Assembly: GCA_963695555.1 (NCBI GenBank)
Contig: CAVOGR010000005.1
Coordinates: 224,001 to 288,000 of the forward strand
Length of the DNA stretch: 64,000 bases
Direction of reading: 5' to 3'
Source of the DNA: an uncultured Gemmatimonadales bacterium
GTDB lineage: Bacteria > Gemmatimonadota > Gemmatimonadetes > Gemmatimonadales > GWC2-71-9
Shown here in pieces: positions 61,932 to 64,000 of this stretch (its first letter is position 1; every line of letters begins with the position of its first letter). Made by a program: the position numbers and the translations under genes. The notes under the pieces are model-generated. The model was not told the origin of the DNA. It saw only the letters and a list, made by a program, of their open reading frames with translations, and ran no database searches.

Positions 61932-63926
61932 ATGGCCGAACTCGTATCGGACGGATCGATGATCGGATGGGTCTGGGCCACCGTGGCCCTGGCCCTGGTC
62001 GGGTTCCTGGTGAACGGCGCCTTGGCGATTTGGAGGCCGACGGCCAAGCGAGCCGTGTCGATCGTGGGTCCGGGGGTGGTGCTCGCGGCCTTTCTGGTTG
62101 CGGCGGCGGCGTTCCTGGAGCTGTGGGGCGCCACCCCCGAACGGCCCTACATCCTGACCCTCTGGTCCTGGCTGCCGGTCGATACGCTCCACGTCGATCT
62201 CGCCTTCCAGGTCGACCAGCTCTCGGCCGTGATGATGCTCATCATCACGGGCGTCGGCGGCCTCATCCACGTGTTCAGCATCGGCTACATGCGAGACGAC
62301 CCGGGATACGCCCGCTACTTCGCGTATCTCAATCTCTTCATCGCCTTCATGCTGGTCCTGGTGCTGGGCGCCAATTTCCCGGTGCTCTTCATCGGGTGGG
62401 AAGGCGTCGGGCTCTGTTCGTATCTCTTGATCGGGTTCTGGTTCGAAGACCGGCTCAAGGCGGACGCGGGGAAAAAGGCCTTCATCGTCAACCGGATCGG
62501 CGACTTCGGGTTCCTGATCGCCATGTTCCTGATCTGGACGTCGGTGGGCTCGCTCGACTTTGTGGAGGTCTTCCGTGCCGCCCCCGGAGCGCTGCCGCTC
62601 GGCGGGGCGATGATCACCGCCATCACCCTGTTTCTTTTCCTCGGCTGCGTGGGCAAGTCGGCCCAGATCCCGCTCTACGTGTGGCTGCCCGACGCCATGG
62701 CAGGTCCGACGCCGGTGTCCGCCCTGATCCATGCCGCAACCATGGTGACCGCCGGGGTCTACCTCGTGGCACGCACCGGTGTCCTCTTCGCTATGGCGCC
62801 CGTCTCGAGCCTGGTGGTGGCGGGGGTCGGCGCGGTGACGGCGCTCTTTGCCGCTACCATCGGGCTCCGGCAATACGACATCAAGAAGGTCCTGGCGTAT
62901 TCCACCGTGTCGCAGCTCGGGTACATGTTCGTGGGCGTCGGCACGGGTGCGTTCGCCGCGGGCATTTTCCACCTGGCCACGCATGCGTTTTTCAAGGCGT
63001 TGTTGTTCCTGGGAGCTGGCAGCGTGATCCACGCGATGCATCACGCCTACCACGCCACCCATTCCGACGCGGACGCGCAAGACATGCGGAACATGGGCGG
63101 CCTCCGCGCCCACATGCCGTGGACCTTTGCGCTCATGGGCATCGCCACCCTGGCCATCGCCGGGATTCCGCCTTTTTCGGGCTTCTTCTCCAAGGATGAG
63201 ATTCTCGCCGCGGCGTTTGCTCGTGGCGGTGAGAACCCGGTCTACTACATCTACTGGGCGCTGGGATTGGCAGCTGCGGCCATCACCGCGTTCTACATGG
63301 CGCGATTGATGGCCATGACCTTCCTGGGAGCGAACCGGACCGGAGAAACAGAGCGCCGCCACCTGCACGAGGCCCCGTGGACCATGACCGGGCCGCTGGT
63401 GGTGCTCGGCATTCTGAGCTTGGCCGGCGGTATCATCAACCTCCCGGCCTTCGTGGGCGGCCACCACGCGCTCGAGACCTGGCTCGAGCCGCTGACTGCG
63501 GCGGCGCATTCGTTCGCGCCGCTGCACCTGCCGCACGGGACGACTGAGGCTGTGCTCATCGGCGCAGCGGTGCTGGTGGCCGTGGTGGGCCTCGTCTGGG
63601 GTGCCAGGGCCACGCTGGGAACGGCCATCGTGCCCGCCGGGCAGGCGGTCGAGGAGCGAGGGTTCTGGAAGGTGGTGTTCAACAAGTATTACGTCGACGA
63701 GTTGTACGACCGGGTCATCATCCGCCCGTTGATGTGGCTGTCTGAGACGGCCCTCTGGCGCGGCATCGATCAAGGGCTGATCGATGGAGTGGGAGTCAAC
63801 GGGACCGCCAAGGTGTCTCGTGCGCTTGGCTGGATCGGCAGCGCGCTCCAGACCGGGCAAGTGGGCTTCTACCTCGTGCTCTTCCTTCTTGGCGCGATCT
63901 GGATCATGCGCGCGGTGGTTGGGTAG
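61932..63926 (+). CDS. nuoL: NADH-quinone oxidoreductase subunit L
   Basis: GWEGVG, NRIGD, GKSAQIPL.VWLPDAMAGPTPVSALIHAATMV and HAFFKALLFL motifs. Confidence 0.97.
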   Translation: MAELVSDGSMIGWVWATVALALVGFLVNGALAIWRPTAKRAVSIVGPGVVLAAFLVAAAAFLELWGATPERPYILTLWSWLPVDTLHVDLAFQVDQLSAVMMLIITGVGGLIHVFSIGYMRDDPGYARYFAYLNLFIAFMLVLVLGANFPVLFIGWEGVGLCSYLLIGFWFEDRLKADAGKKAFIVNRIGDFGFLIAMFLIWTSVGSLDFVEVFRAAPGALPLGGAMITAITLFLFLGCVGKSAQIPLYVWLPDAMAGPTPVSALIHAATMVTAGVYLVARTGVLFAMAPVSSLVVAGVGAVTALFAATIGLRQYDIKKVLAYSTVSQLGYMFVGVGTGAFAAGIFHLATHAFFKALLFLGAGSVIHAMHHAYHATHSDADAQDMRNMGGLRAHMPWTFALMGIATLAIAGIPPFSGFFSKDEILAAAFARGGENPVYYIYWALGLAAAAITAFYMARLMAMTFLGANRTGETERRHLHEAPWTMTGPLVVLGILSLAGGIINLPAFVGGHHALETWLEPLTAAAHSFAPLHLPHGTTEAVLIGAAVLVAVVGLVWGARATLGTAIVPAGQAVEERGFWKVVFNKYYVDELYDRVIIRPLMWLSETALWRGIDQGLIDGVGVNGTAKVSRALGWIGSALQTGQVGFYLVLFLLGAIWIMRAVVG

Positions 63927-63931
63927 CGACC

Positions 63932-64000
63932 ATGGCCGACTTCCTCGTCTCCATCCGCTATTCGGAGTGGGTGCTCCACGCGCTCCTGATCCTGCCGCTC
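63932..64000 (+). CDS. nuoM: NADH-quinone oxidoreductase subunit M (N-terminal fragment, truncated by window)
   Basis: ATG 5 bp after the nuoL stop; hydrophobic start MADFLVSIRYSEWVLHALLILPL; identity rests on operon position. Confidence 0.7.
   Translation, partial: MADFLVSIRYSEWVLHALLILPL

Overview
GC-rich bacterial chromosomal segment, mostly housekeeping. Gene order and protein style suggest Gemmatimonadota (inference, not a database result). The left third (1-22 kb) is accessory or regulatory. It holds a TetR/enoyl-CoA hydratase/aldehyde dehydrogenase operon with a PaaR-type operator, an ECF sigma/zinc anti-sigma/Spy-like/nfeD/floA envelope-stress cluster, and a B12-binding CarH/LitR-like photoreceptor divergent from a fasciclin gene. 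It also holds a lytic transglycosylase, a tandem double-domain tyrosine phenol-lyase-like gene, tRNA-Leu(CAA), MgtC, two paralogous outer-membrane beta-barrels, an M49 peptidase, DUF72 and an orphan RiPP precursor with a lasso-type leader. From 22 to 47 kb it runs pepA, yicC-gmk-rpoZ-coaBC-udg-dnaB-radA-ispD-tsaC-ptp-aroE-comF-gap-pgk-tpiA-secG-carA-HU-moaDEA-trmL-mdh-sdhCAB. Then come surface proteins, an M28 peptidase, dcd and nuoA-M (nuoM cut by the window end) behind a Rex-like operator. The two most notable finds are: (1) a ~890-aa fusion of two TPL-like domains whose catalytic residues are split complementarily between the halves, predicting a single-chain pseudo-heterodimer with one active site; (2) a stand-alone 41-aa lasso-leader precursor with a non-lasso Trp/Cys core and no maturases nearby. 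Four genes carry small frameshifts that are probably assembly indel errors. No CRISPR array, rRNA, transposase or integrase was seen.
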